A DNA stretch of 64,000 nucleotides, from positions 9,486 through 73,485 of the forward strand of contig JBDUAQ010000001.1 of the NCBI GenBank assembly GCA_040004575.1, given 5' to 3'. The notes beneath the pieces are model-generated. The model searched no databases and was not told where the DNA came from. It saw only the letters and a list, made by a program, of their open reading frames with translations. The stretch comes from a bacterium (lineage in GTDB: Bacteria; Acidobacteriota; Blastocatellia; Pyrinomonadales; Pyrinomonadaceae). The position numbers were made by a program, and so were the translations under genes. Of this stretch, positions 9,233 through 18,642 are shown piece after piece (within the stretch, counting starts at the first letter, position 1; every line of letters starts with the position of its first letter).

Positions 9233-10240
9233 GTGTCACAACCAGGGCAATTCATCATAGAGATTCCGAAAATGATCCAGAGTTACCAGCGAGCAAAACA
9301 GGAACTGGGACCACAGCAGACGAGACACACGCGCTCGTTAGTGAGTACTGCGATCATCTTAGCGACGTGCGCGCTTCTCATGACGAACGACAGCTTTGGT
9401 GTTATTAGTCAGAAGCATCAGAAGCGACGGAAGCCGGGCGCGCAAAGTAATGTCCTGCTCACGAGCCATTCGCGAGATTCGTTGACTCCCGAGGCGCGCG
9501 AGATGATTGAGCTGGCAAGTGGGGTTATTTGCAAAGAACGGATAAGGGATCCAAAAGGCAGCGTTCCCATAGACGACATGCAGGCGCGACCTTCGCTGCC
9601 GGTGCGCAGTCCCGAAGCTGTAGCCGGCGCCCAGCGTGCGCAACGCTTGTTACCGATTGCCAAGAGCCTGGTAGTAGTCTCGCTCAAACGACTGGCGCGG
9701 AATTACGGTTTCGGCGATCCGAGCAGTTATAACGCCAGACTGCAGCGTGCGATCGCTCACGTGGAAGCGGTAAGGAATATTCGGCCCGACGTGGATTCGC
9801 GCGACAATGCGTCAGTATTTCTAAAAACCCCGCATACCATAGTTTTCGGCACCATATTCCTTGCCGGACTGCCCTCGGACGAAGGAATCATCAGCGTCCT
9901 GTCCCACGAGTTGGTCCACATTGCTGATGGATCAGAAGACAGCCTGAGCCTGCTTTTCCGAGGTATCGGGAATCGCGCCTCGAAGCTGACGGGAATGCAG
10001 ATTCACGAACAAAGGGCGGAAGAGTTGACCTGCGATCTGGTGGGGACGTTGGCAGCGCGTTCTTATGTCTCCAGCTCACCAAGCTATGAACCTTTACCCC
10101 GAAGAATATCGCGTTCTCTGGAGCACAATTGTGTTAGCCAGGACGAGGGCGACGACGATCACCTGTCACCACGAAACACGATCCGCGCGTTGCTGGCCCT
10201 TGACCCCGCACTCGCGCGGCAACTCGTCTACGGCCGGTAA
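9233..10240 (+). CDS. Hypothetical membrane-anchored protein with HExxH motif (possible zinc metallopeptidase)
   Basis: 335-aa ORF with one N-terminal TM (LVSTAIILATCALLMT) and SHELVHIADG. I did not recognise a family. The start is uncertain (GTG 9233 or ATG 9272). Confidence 0.45.
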   Translation: MSQPGQFIIEIPKMIQSYQRAKQELGPQQTRHTRSLVSTAIILATCALLMTNDSFGVISQKHQKRRKPGAQSNVLLTSHSRDSLTPEAREMIELASGVICKERIRDPKGSVPIDDMQARPSLPVRSPEAVAGAQRAQRLLPIAKSLVVVSLKRLARNYGFGDPSSYNARLQRAIAHVEAVRNIRPDVDSRDNASVFLKTPHTIVFGTIFLAGLPSDEGIISVLSHELVHIADGSEDSLSLLFRGIGNRASKLTGMQIHEQRAEELTCDLVGTLAARSYVSSSPSYEPLPRRISRSLEHNCVSQDEGDDDHLSPRNTIRALLALDPALARQLVYGR

Positions 10241-10269
10241 CAGACTCCGTTACCGGAAGAGATCTGGCC

Positions 10270-10357
10270 GCGGATTACGCGGATTACCCGAATCTGCAAA
10301 GATCCTCCTGCATTGATATTTCGTTTTGGATCTGATCCGCGTCTATCTGCGTAAATC
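10270..10357. repeat. GCGGATTACGCGGATTAC-type intergenic repeat with a partial inverted partner
   Basis: Tandem GCGGATTAC x2 at 10270-10287, and an ATCCGCGT-containing partner at 10329-10357. Confidence 0.35.
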
Positions 10358-10458
10358 GGCGGCATATCAGTTCTTGCATTCGCCCGACTCCATTGACATT
10401 TCACGTTGACGCGTTTCATCATCGCTGCCCAGCAAGCAATCACGAGGCATAATCAGAC

Positions 10459-11748
10459 TTGACCGAAACTCTCGCGACGAAACGATTTTCCAAATGGAGG
10501 ACATGGCGCAAAGACACAGAAGCTTCCGCCACCCCTGGTTTGTTCGAACGTAGAGATAAGCAAACGTCTCCGCTAATAATTACAATTTTGGCGACGCTGA
10601 TTTCCGCCGGCGCCTCCTGCACTGCAATCACCCAACGCGGTGAGGTTCGCCCACTGGTGTTGCGTGACGTTCCCGCCCAACGACTCGCCTACCGGTTTGA
10701 GCCTGACGTAGCAGCGCCACCTGAGGCTAAGAGTGAAGACGCTGACGATAAGATCGAAGCGATTCAAGCTGATTTCAACACGCGCCGGCAAAATGATGCG
10801 CTCGTGCGGACCGTGCGTTCACCAGACGGCCAGCGGGCCCTCGTGCTGTATGGAACTGCCGACGAACCCAGCCAGGAGTTTCATATCGATCTGTATTCAG
10901 CCGACGGCAAGTTTTTGCGAAACCTGACGCCGCCCGATCTCGCCTGCGTTTTTCCGGAGACGGTGTCCTGGTCGCCGGACGGAAACTTCATCACCTTCAT
11001 TGCGCACAAAGCTGTGAAGCCGACACCAACGCCAACTCCGCCCGGCGCGCCCGAAGTGCCGGAACCCGGGGAAGCTACTCCGCTGCCTTCCGTAGCGCCG
11101 GCTTTTGCTCCGGTAGCTCTTTTCAGTACCGAGCAGATCTACGTCTGCAATCGCGACGGTTATGATCTCAAGCCGCTGACTTCGCGCGAAGGCCTGATCT
11201 ATTTCTATGCTGTGTGGGCACCGGATAATCACGCGTTGGTAGCGATGGCCTGCAAGGAGAGCGAATGGGACGCGCGCGAGCGGGAGTTTAAGTTACCCGT
11301 GGGACGACCGCGTTTGCTTACGCTTACGCTTGACGGCAAGGAACGTTTGCTTGATGACGAGTTAACCGAGGCGTTGCCAGTCTGGTGTCCCGACTCATCG
11401 AAAGTGGCCGCCGTCTTCGAAGCCGACGTGATGATCTATGATGCCGCGACGACCAAGCCGACGCAGGCGCGAATCAGGCTACGCGATACGCTGGTCGCTG
11501 CCTCGCGGATCTACGAGGAGAGGAATTCGGGCGGGAAAAAGAAGGACGATGGCGCTGGTAGTGGGAACAGTCCCGATCCGTCTGCCATACCTGCGTCCTT
11601 CAATCCGGCCATTCGGCTGGAGTGGACCAGTCCTGAAAAACTCTTCTTTGAAACTGCGTACGTTAAACTCTACCGAGATGGGCCAATCACCACTTTCCAA
11701 CGCTGGCATCTCGTGGCCCTCAGTCCACAGGCAGCCGTGCTGAAATAG
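10459..11748 (+). CDS. Hypothetical exported protein with PD40/TolB-like beta-propeller repeats
   Basis: 429 aa, TTG start, N-terminal TM/signal. Motifs RSPDGQRALVLYG and SWSPDGNFITFIA resemble WD40-like PD40 repeats. Confidence 0.45.
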   Translation: MTETLATKRFSKWRTWRKDTEASATPGLFERRDKQTSPLIITILATLISAGASCTAITQRGEVRPLVLRDVPAQRLAYRFEPDVAAPPEAKSEDADDKIEAIQADFNTRRQNDALVRTVRSPDGQRALVLYGTADEPSQEFHIDLYSADGKFLRNLTPPDLACVFPETVSWSPDGNFITFIAHKAVKPTPTPTPPGAPEVPEPGEATPLPSVAPAFAPVALFSTEQIYVCNRDGYDLKPLTSREGLIYFYAVWAPDNHALVAMACKESEWDAREREFKLPVGRPRLLTLTLDGKERLLDDELTEALPVWCPDSSKVAAVFEADVMIYDAATTKPTQARIRLRDTLVAASRIYEERNSGGKKKDDGAGSGNSPDPSAIPASFNPAIRLEWTSPEKLFFETAYVKLYRDGPITTFQRWHLVALSPQAAVLK

Positions 11749-11792
11749 CCGATTCGTCAGTAACAGGCAAAGCGGACCAATGCAGGCAAGGA

Positions 11793-11826
11793 AATGGCCC
11801 GGCAGCTTAGCTGCTGCCGGGCCATT
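11793..11826. terminator. Bidirectional stem-loop between convergent genes
   Basis: AATGGCCCGGCAGC-ttagct-GCTGCCGGGCCATT. Perfect 14-bp stem. Confidence 0.6.
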
Positions 11827-11858
11827 CTCCGCTTATCTCCTAAGGCGTATCAGTTGTT

Positions 11859-14800
11859 CTAGAAGAGAAACTTGAGTTGATAGCGAATTACACGTCCTCC
11901 GCCATCCGCGAACTCGGGGTGGAGAAAGCGTCCGGCAGTGGAAGTAATTACGCTTGCCGCGACGCCCGTGTTCCCCGGCGAAAACGGACTAACGCTTCCT
12001 TGTCCGTATTGTGGATGGTTGAAGATGTTGTAGAACTCCGTTCGGAATTCTATGTGTGTGCTCTCGCCTAATTTCACTCGTTTTAGGATATTCATGTTCC
12101 AGTTATTCGTACCCCGGGTACGCAGCGTGTTACGGCCCAAATTCCCGAGGCCAGTACCCGCTAAAACACCAATATACTGAGCGGCTGAAGGAGCGATGCA
12201 GGCACCACCAGCTTCAGGGTTAGTATAAAAGACCGCGCCAACCGTGACAGCGCATGGATTGACAGTCGCAGTAGCAACTGCCGGAACCGCCCGCACGCCA
12301 ACCTGACCAGTGGGATTGAAAATCGGACGGTCCAAATTTCCGCCGACCGCATCTGCATCCTGCCCGTTAACAACTGTCAAGGGTACGCCACTCTCCCAAG
12401 TGGTCACACCAGAAAGTTGCCATCCGCCTAACAACCTTCCGAGCGCACCACGTTGTTCCTTCATGAATGGTAGCTCGTACACATAAGTGATCGAAGCACG
12501 ATGCGTCCGATCAAAGAACGAGACCGACCGGTCTGCGGCTTGACCACCCAAAGTCGAGGGAAATGCCGCCTGCTGGGGGAGATTTGTTGCTCCAACACCG
12601 AATACCTCGCTCGCATTATCAATCAGTTTCGAGTACGTATACGCTCCGGTCGCCGTAAACCCCTTCGAGAATCGGCGGGTCAGCAGTAGTTGGCCGGAGT
12701 GATAGATCGAAGATCCGCCATTGGTTCGAATCAAGCGCGAGCCTTGCAAGTTATCCAGTCGACCGGAGATCAAACATCCCGCAGCTCCAATCGTACACGT
12801 TTGAGAGCCGGTGAAAGCCGCCGGAGTGATGCGCTGAATTCCGGGCAAGAACGCGTTTGCGATGCGCGGCACTGATGGATTCAAGTCCTCATTGAGGAAC
12901 AGTCTGGTTCCTTTTGTGCCAACATATGAAGCGTCGAGAACCAAGTCCCATGGCAATGCCCGCTGAATTCCGAAGGACCATTTTTGGTAGTATGGATTTA
13001 CCAGGTTCTTGATAACCAGCGTCTGCGAGTCGAGCGGGCTCAGTGGTCGGGCCGCCGTTGGCAGCGCGCCGGTTACATTCACCAGCCCGCGCGGCGTGGT
13101 GGTGTTGACGGTAGAAACTACGTTAGTGGCGACTACGTTGGGCGAAGATGTCGCAGCGTTAGAGGCTATGTTATTGAAGAAGGAATCGTAGCCGATTTGA
13201 TAACCAGCTCTGATCACCGATTGTCTGTCGCCGAAAAAGCGGCCGAGGAAACCGTTTTTGAATGACGGAGAATACGCCAGGCCGACCGTTGGCCCGAAAT
13301 TATTATTGTCGTGGTCAGCCTGATTCGGTTGGTTATATGGACCGGCAAAGGTAACCGGGTCGATATTGAAGAGGCCCGTGAATACCGACGTTCTAAGGGT
13401 GTTAATCGGTTGACCGAAATTCTCATAGCGCAGGCCGAGTGTTAGGGTCAAGGAGTCAGATGCCTTCCAGCGATCCTGGAAGAAATAAGCTTGCCTCGTC
13501 AGAAACGGATAGTACTTTGGACTACCGAAGTCGATGCGTGCACCGCCGCCGGATCCTCCGAAGTTGTCGACAAAGTTTGCAAAACCGGTGAATCCGCCAC
13601 CGCTGGCAAACGTGAGTAGCCCACGCTCGACGATGGGCGCAAACTGTCTCGATCGCTGCTTGAGGATATCCAATCCAAAACGGAAGGTGTGATTACCTCG
13701 CAGGTAAGTCATCGTATCTTGCACGAGATAGTTGTTGGCGACTCTGCCTTGCGGGAGGTTGGTCTGGATTCCAATGTCGCTTAGCTGGGAGATTGAGAAA
13801 ACTGGCAGAGTCTTACCGAGCGCATTCGAAGGATCGACTGGAAAGAACAGGTCGATCCGATTGTAGGCTACTCGCAGTTCATTAGTGACGTTACTTGAGA
13901 AAACATGCGTCTCGGCCAGTTGGACGTTTTGATACTTGTCCGTCTCGTGCGTTTCGAAACCTGGAAATGCCGCCGTTGCCAGGAGAGAATCGGAATCCCT
14001 CAGGTAGCGTCCAGATAACTGATCCTTATCGCTGATCTTGTGATCTATCCGGATCTGAATCTGGCGATCCTTGTAAAAAACGGGCAACGAGAAGAACCCC
14101 GTCCCAAACTCAACGTTCGGGCGTCCAGAACCGAGTGCGATGTTGAATAGACTGGCCGTACTTCTTACGGAGCTAATCGCGTTAAGATACAAGTCAACCC
14201 TCGGATTAGCACCTACCGGGAACAAGCTCCGCAGGGTTGCCTCGCCAGCTGCGGATGGAACCGTGCGACTAAACGAACCGCTGGAGAGTTGACGTTCCTC
14301 TTGATAGGCCGCGAAGAAAAACGTCCGGTTGTGTCCATTGTATCCCCAGGGTGAGCCTCCCTCGCCGAAATGTGGAAGCAGAACCGGTCCGCCGACGGTA
14401 CCGGAAAAGTATTGATCGGTACCCGCTGGTGGGTGCCCATTACGCGCTAAGACTGATGCGGTATTCAAAGCTTGCGTGTTCGTCAGGGCGTCGTCTCGTG
14501 TCGAGTCCAGAAGGTAAGAAAGAGTACCGTGGAAGGCGTTACCACCCGGCTTAGTGATGACGTTGACTACAGCGCCTCCAGCTCGTCCAAACTCCGCATC
14601 GTAGTTTGAGGTTTGTACTGAAACCTCTTGAATGGCATCGGGGTTTGTGATCTGAAAAGCCTGGCCGGCAACCGAGATATCATTGTTCTCAGTGCCGTCA
14701 ATGAGAAAATTGTTGGAGCGGCCGCGAGAACCATTCACAGAAAACGTACCGACGCCAAACCCGTAACGGTTAGATGACACGCCCGGAAGCGTCAGAGCCA

Positions 14801-15263
14801 GCGCAACAGGATTTCGGCCGGCGACGGGCAACTCAGTGATGCGCCTCTCATCGATATTTCCTCCGCGCACAGGGGCTTCTGTTTGTAACAAAACGCCAGA
14901 CTCGGCTGTAACATCGACAGTCACCTGCTGACCCGCCGGGGCCATGGTTGCGCCAACTTCAGAAGTCTGATTTGCCCTTACCTCTAAGTTGGTCTTGGTG
15001 ACTTCGCCGAAACCAGCCGCTGAAATCTTAACGGAATAGTTGCCAAGATCTACGGCGTCAAAGCGGTACACGCCCTCGCTATTGGCCGTCGTGGAACGCT
15101 CCACGCCTTTCTTTGAGTCGATCAACGTAACAGTCGCACCAGAGATCACAGCGCCGTTTGCGTCTATAATCGTACCAGTGACGGTGCCGCGACTTGTCTG
15201 TGCGAAAGCTACAAGTGCACAGAAAGCCAACATTGTAATTATAGCCATGAGCCGGGTCTTCAT
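11859..15263 (-). CDS. TonB-dependent receptor with N-terminal carboxypeptidase-regulatory-like domain
   Basis: 1134 aa. Signal peptide, then GTVTGTIIDANGAVISGATVTL (CarboxypepD_reg-like), plug-like VNGSRGRSNNFLIDGTENND, and a C-terminal beta-barrel ending in F. GAGGAG Shine-Dalgarno. Confidence 0.85.
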   Translation of the reverse strand: MKTRLMAIITMLAFCALVAFAQTSRGTVTGTIIDANGAVISGATVTLIDSKKGVERSTTANSEGVYRFDAVDLGNYSVKISAAGFGEVTKTNLEVRANQTSEVGATMAPAGQQVTVDVTAESGVLLQTEAPVRGGNIDERRITELPVAGRNPVALALTLPGVSSNRYGFGVGTFSVNGSRGRSNNFLIDGTENNDISVAGQAFQITNPDAIQEVSVQTSNYDAEFGRAGGAVVNVITKPGGNAFHGTLSYLLDSTRDDALTNTQALNTASVLARNGHPPAGTDQYFSGTVGGPVLLPHFGEGGSPWGYNGHNRTFFFAAYQEERQLSSGSFSRTVPSAAGEATLRSLFPVGANPRVDLYLNAISSVRSTASLFNIALGSGRPNVEFGTGFFSLPVFYKDRQIQIRIDHKISDKDQLSGRYLRDSDSLLATAAFPGFETHETDKYQNVQLAETHVFSSNVTNELRVAYNRIDLFFPVDPSNALGKTLPVFSISQLSDIGIQTNLPQGRVANNYLVQDTMTYLRGNHTFRFGLDILKQRSRQFAPIVERGLLTFASGGGFTGFANFVDNFGGSGGGARIDFGSPKYYPFLTRQAYFFQDRWKASDSLTLTLGLRYENFGQPINTLRTSVFTGLFNIDPVTFAGPYNQPNQADHDNNNFGPTVGLAYSPSFKNGFLGRFFGDRQSVIRAGYQIGYDSFFNNIASNAATSSPNVVATNVVSTVNTTTPRGLVNVTGALPTAARPLSPLDSQTLVIKNLVNPYYQKWSFGIQRALPWDLVLDASYVGTKGTRLFLNEDLNPSVPRIANAFLPGIQRITPAAFTGSQTCTIGAAGCLISGRLDNLQGSRLIRTNGGSSIYHSGQLLLTRRFSKGFTATGAYTYSKLIDNASEVFGVGATNLPQQAAFPSTLGGQAADRSVSFFDRTHRASITYVYELPFMKEQRGALGRLLGGWQLSGVTTWESGVPLTVVNGQDADAVGGNLDRPIFNPTGQVGVRAVPAVATATVNPCAVTVGAVFYTNPEAGGACIAPSAAQYIGVLAGTGLGNLGRNTLRTRGTNNWNMNILKRVKLGESTHIEFRTEFYNIFNHPQYGQGSVSPFSPGNTGVAASVITSTAGRFLHPEFADGGGRVIRYQLKFLF

Positions 15264-15807
15264 TTTTACTTCTCCTCTATTAGGTCCCTGCGAAAGGGAA
15301 AGGGTGGATGGTTTGCGAAATCACACTTGCCTTATCACGTGCGGAAACTCTCGCTTCAAGCTTGACAGGCAAGCCCTATTCCGCTTGGTAGGATGTTTTT
15401 TGATGAACGCTTAGACAAATTTATCTGAACAATCAAACGTTGCCGTTTTTTCTATCCTTTTGCAAAGCTCGCCAGCAGCTCGTCCTCGGAATCGCGCGAG
15501 TTAACGAGTGAAGAAGTTGCGGAATTTGGATTTCGGATGCAAATCTATGGACGGAGAACGTGTCCGATGCAGGCGAATGGTGGCGGTCTGAAGTGATTGA
15601 CTCCACTCAGCTGAGTAGTCGAATTGATAGCCGAGGATAGGAGCTGGGTTCCTCTTGCTTCACTGGTAGTCTGCTCTCGCAGGGATCTAGGAGAAGCGGT
15701 CAACCTTAATCTATAATCTGGATCATCCAGACCCTTTGCCCAGGAGAACTCGCTTTTCCCGGTGTATTCAAAGTCATCAAGTTAATCCAGTAAGGAGTAG
15801 TGAACAC

Positions 15808-18018
15808 ATGAAGAAAACACTTGCGACCTGTCTCCTGGTTGCGTTTTTGCTCCCCGTGGCGCCGGCACAGACTCCTCAAAAAACTCAGAAACCGACTGAG
15901 GAAAGTCCCGAGGATGTCGTGCGAATTACGACTTCACTGGTGCAAACGGACGTCGTAGTCACGGACAAAAACGATCAGATTGTGCCGGATCTGAAACTCG
16001 AAGATTTTGAACTATACGACAATGGCAAAAAGCAGGAACTTAAGTTTATGGAGTTTGTTGGTGTCAACACCGGTAAGCGTGTTGAAGGGACACCGCCGCC
16101 ATTGCCGAAGGGAGTCATCGCAGACTCGACATCGAACGGGGTTTCCGCAAAGGATCTGAAACGGGTGATTGCGTTTGTGGTAGACGACCTGACCATTCCC
16201 AGCGAGGACATGGCGCGGGTGCGCGACCTGCTGCAGGACTTCGTCAATAGTCAGATGCGCGACGGCGATCTGGTAGCAATCATGCGCGTGGTCGGTGGCA
16301 ACGGCTTGTTAGAACAATACACTGCGGACAAGCAACTGCTGCGACGCGCGATCCAGAGTCTTACTCCCCAAGTGCATCCCTTCTCCATCAACGCTCCGGG
16401 TTTCACTCCAGCGGACGCCAAACCTAATGCGTCCGGCGGCAGCACCGCGGGTACAAACGACGCTGGCGTTGCCAGCGGCTTGGACGCAGAAACTCAGACT
16501 GACGATGTGAACAAAGGATTTCGCACTTTGATGGGACTAGCGACGACCAATGCCATCATCACCAGCATGAGGGCGTTGCCCGGAAGGAAGAGTGTCGTTC
16601 TCTTTTCAGGAGGTCTGCCACTTTATGAATCGAACGAGCAAGGCGTGGTAATTGATCGCAGTACGCAGGAAAGTCTTCCGGTAGATCAGATACGCCCTAT
16701 CTTCGGCAACGTGGCTAACTTGATAAACCAGATTACGGACAATGCCAGCCGTTCAGGAGTAGTAGTTCACACGATGGATGTGCGCGGGTTACAACCGCGG
16801 CCGGGAGTGCGAGGGTTCCAGGACACGGAGGCCAAGAGCGGTCTCGGCATGAGCGCGGGTGGGCAATCCGTTGCTGGCGGCGGCGAGAGTCCAACTTTCG
16901 GCCGGACTCCTGATATGTCGCTCATCTCGGGTCCCGACTCGTTTGCCGGGGCACAGGGGCTGCGGACGCTGTCCAACGCCACCGGGGGCCTGGCCTCGAT
17001 GAATACGAACAACTTTCGTGCTGGCCTGGAAAGGGTCTTATCTCGCAGCGAGGGCTATTACCTGTTAGGTTATTCCCCTTCTGAAAAATTCGACGCGAAG
17101 TTCCACAAGATTTCCGTGAAGACAAGACGCGACGGTGCGCACGTCTTCGCGCGCTCGGGATACATCGCTCGTGAAGATCAACCCGACTCCTCAACTGAGG
17201 CTACCAAGGAAGACAAGGTGCTAAAGGCAGCTCTGTCACCCCTCACAAGAACCGAAGTCGGCGTTTCAACCTTGATCCAGCATAAGTTCCTGGCCAACGA
17301 CAAGGCCGAACTGGACATTCATCTCTCCATAGATCCGAGGACTCTACACTTCACTCAGTCGCCAGATGGCAGGTATCGAGACTCATTTGATGTGGCGGGC
17401 TTTGTTTTTGATCAAACAGGGAAGGCGCGCGGAGGCTTTAGCGAAACGGTCAATGCTAACCTTTCACCTGAGGAATACAAACGCGCACTCGCATCCGGCT
17501 TGAGCGACTCCGCGCATACTGAACTGCCGGCCGGGTATTTCCAGCTGCGAGTGGTCGTCCGTGAAAACGAAACGGGCCGCGTCGGCACAACGTCCAGATA
17601 CCTGGAGGTGCCAAATCTTTCCCGGAAGCAACTGACTATGAGCAGTCTGTTTCTTTTCGCCGTGGATCCCAAGCTAACGGGCAATGAGGGTGTGATCCCG
17701 CTGCAAGCCCTGCGTCAGATCTCGCGCAAGCAGGATCTGCGTTATGCAGCCATCGTCTACAATCCGAAGCTCAGCGGTGGTCAACCGCAGTTGCGCACGC
17801 AGTTAATCATTACAAATGGGGACAAAGTGCTTTTCCAGGAGCCCGAGCAAGCTTTGAATAGTCCGTTGAGCGGCATCCAGGTGGTAAAGGTCGGGCAGGT
17901 GGCGTTGTCGAAAGTAACGCCCGGGCACTATGTGCTAACACTGGTTACAACCGATACGCTGGGCGACAAAAAGCTACGGACCGTCTCACGGAGCATCGAT
18001 TTCACAGTGGTGGATTGA
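15808..18018 (+). CDS. VWA domain-containing protein (Acidobacterial VWFA-related family)
   Basis: The ATG at 15808 is preceded by AAGGAG. Signal peptide MKKTLATCLLVAFLL. FAVVDDLTIPSEDM ... VVLFSGG resembles a VWA fold. C-terminus of the GYYLLGYSP ... KISVKTRRDGAHVFARSGY type. Confidence 0.75.
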   Translation: MKKTLATCLLVAFLLPVAPAQTPQKTQKPTEESPEDVVRITTSLVQTDVVVTDKNDQIVPDLKLEDFELYDNGKKQELKFMEFVGVNTGKRVEGTPPPLPKGVIADSTSNGVSAKDLKRVIAFVVDDLTIPSEDMARVRDLLQDFVNSQMRDGDLVAIMRVVGGNGLLEQYTADKQLLRRAIQSLTPQVHPFSINAPGFTPADAKPNASGGSTAGTNDAGVASGLDAETQTDDVNKGFRTLMGLATTNAIITSMRALPGRKSVVLFSGGLPLYESNEQGVVIDRSTQESLPVDQIRPIFGNVANLINQITDNASRSGVVVHTMDVRGLQPRPGVRGFQDTEAKSGLGMSAGGQSVAGGGESPTFGRTPDMSLISGPDSFAGAQGLRTLSNATGGLASMNTNNFRAGLERVLSRSEGYYLLGYSPSEKFDAKFHKISVKTRRDGAHVFARSGYIAREDQPDSSTEATKEDKVLKAALSPLTRTEVGVSTLIQHKFLANDKAELDIHLSIDPRTLHFTQSPDGRYRDSFDVAGFVFDQTGKARGGFSETVNANLSPEEYKRALASGLSDSAHTELPAGYFQLRVVVRENETGRVGTTSRYLEVPNLSRKQLTMSSLFLFAVDPKLTGNEGVIPLQALRQISRKQDLRYAAIVYNPKLSGGQPQLRTQLIITNGDKVLFQEPEQALNSPLSGIQVVKVGQVALSKVTPGHYVLTLVTTDTLGDKKLRTVSRSIDFTVVD

Positions 18019-18211
18019 TAGCGCCCGTTCTGGGCCTCAAAGCGAGTCCCAGTCAGCGAGGTTTTATGAATGCACGCGTGCATGTTCCTCCGAGCTGTAA
18101 GCGTCAAGTAATTCTCTCTGAGACAAGAAAGGTTCGGGAAAGTGTTAATAGCCCACGGATCTTGTTTCTGAATTTGCTTTCCGGCCTGAGGTCGCGAGGG
18201 GCCATTCGGCT

Positions 18212-18562
18212 ATGAAGCGGTTTGCCACCCTGTTCTTTGTGCTCGGACTCGCGACTCCACTACCCACACACATCACCAGGAATGGCGAATTAACAAGCGA
18301 GGCTTAACAAGCGCGCGACGCTTTACCTTCGTTTGCTGGCGGAACAAACAGGCGGCCGCTTCGAGTATATGGATAGCGTGAAGCAACTCTCCAGGTCATT
18401 CACTACATCGCCTCGGAACTGCGTCAGGAATACGCGCTTGGCTATTATCCGAAGAATCGAACGACGGATGGAATGGCGCGAGAACTCAAGGTGGCCGTCG
18501 ACGTACCCCAAGTCGTCATTCGCACGCGCAAGAGCTACATATACCGGCCACTCAGCCGCTAA
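18212..18562 (+). pseudogene. Internally deleted, frameshifted remnant of a second VWA-family gene
   Basis: A signal-peptide stub (MKRFATLFFVLGLATPLP) stops at 18305-18307. This is followed by LLAEQTGGRFEYMDSVKQL in one frame and QVIHYIASELRQEYALGYYPKNRTTDGMARELKVAVDVPQVVIRTRKSYIYRPLSR* in the next. That matches the conserved C-terminus of the intact neighbour. Confidence 0.55.
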
Positions 18563-18581
18563 CAAGTCATCATTAAAAAAG

Positions 18582-18639
18582 GGGGAGAGTTGCAAGCAAC
18601 TCTCCCCGTCAGGATCAGACCGCGTAGCGCGGGTCTGAT
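18582..18639. terminator. Two tandem stem-loops between convergent genes
   Basis: GGGGAGAGTTGC/GCAACTCTCCCC at 18582-18607, and ATCAGACCGCG/CGCGGGTCTGAT (one bulge) at 18614-18639. They lie directly 3' of the TBDR stop at 18643. Confidence 0.55.
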
Positions 18640-18642
18640 AAG

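Noticed and set aside
15264-15807. Search for a second sigma-54 promoter, or a clear sigma-70 promoter, in the divergent TBDR/VWA intergenic region
   Set aside because: I found only a GGCAAG...TTCGCA arrangement with the wrong GG-GC spacing, and a TATAAT at 15712-17 without a credible -35. I did not call either.
18015-18215. 66-aa ORF immediately after the VWA gene, containing a perfect 14-bp palindrome ATGCACGCGTGCAT at 18070-18083
   Set aside because: The ORF has no Shine-Dalgarno or family features and overlaps the decayed paralog region. A single palindrome without context is not enough to call an operator.
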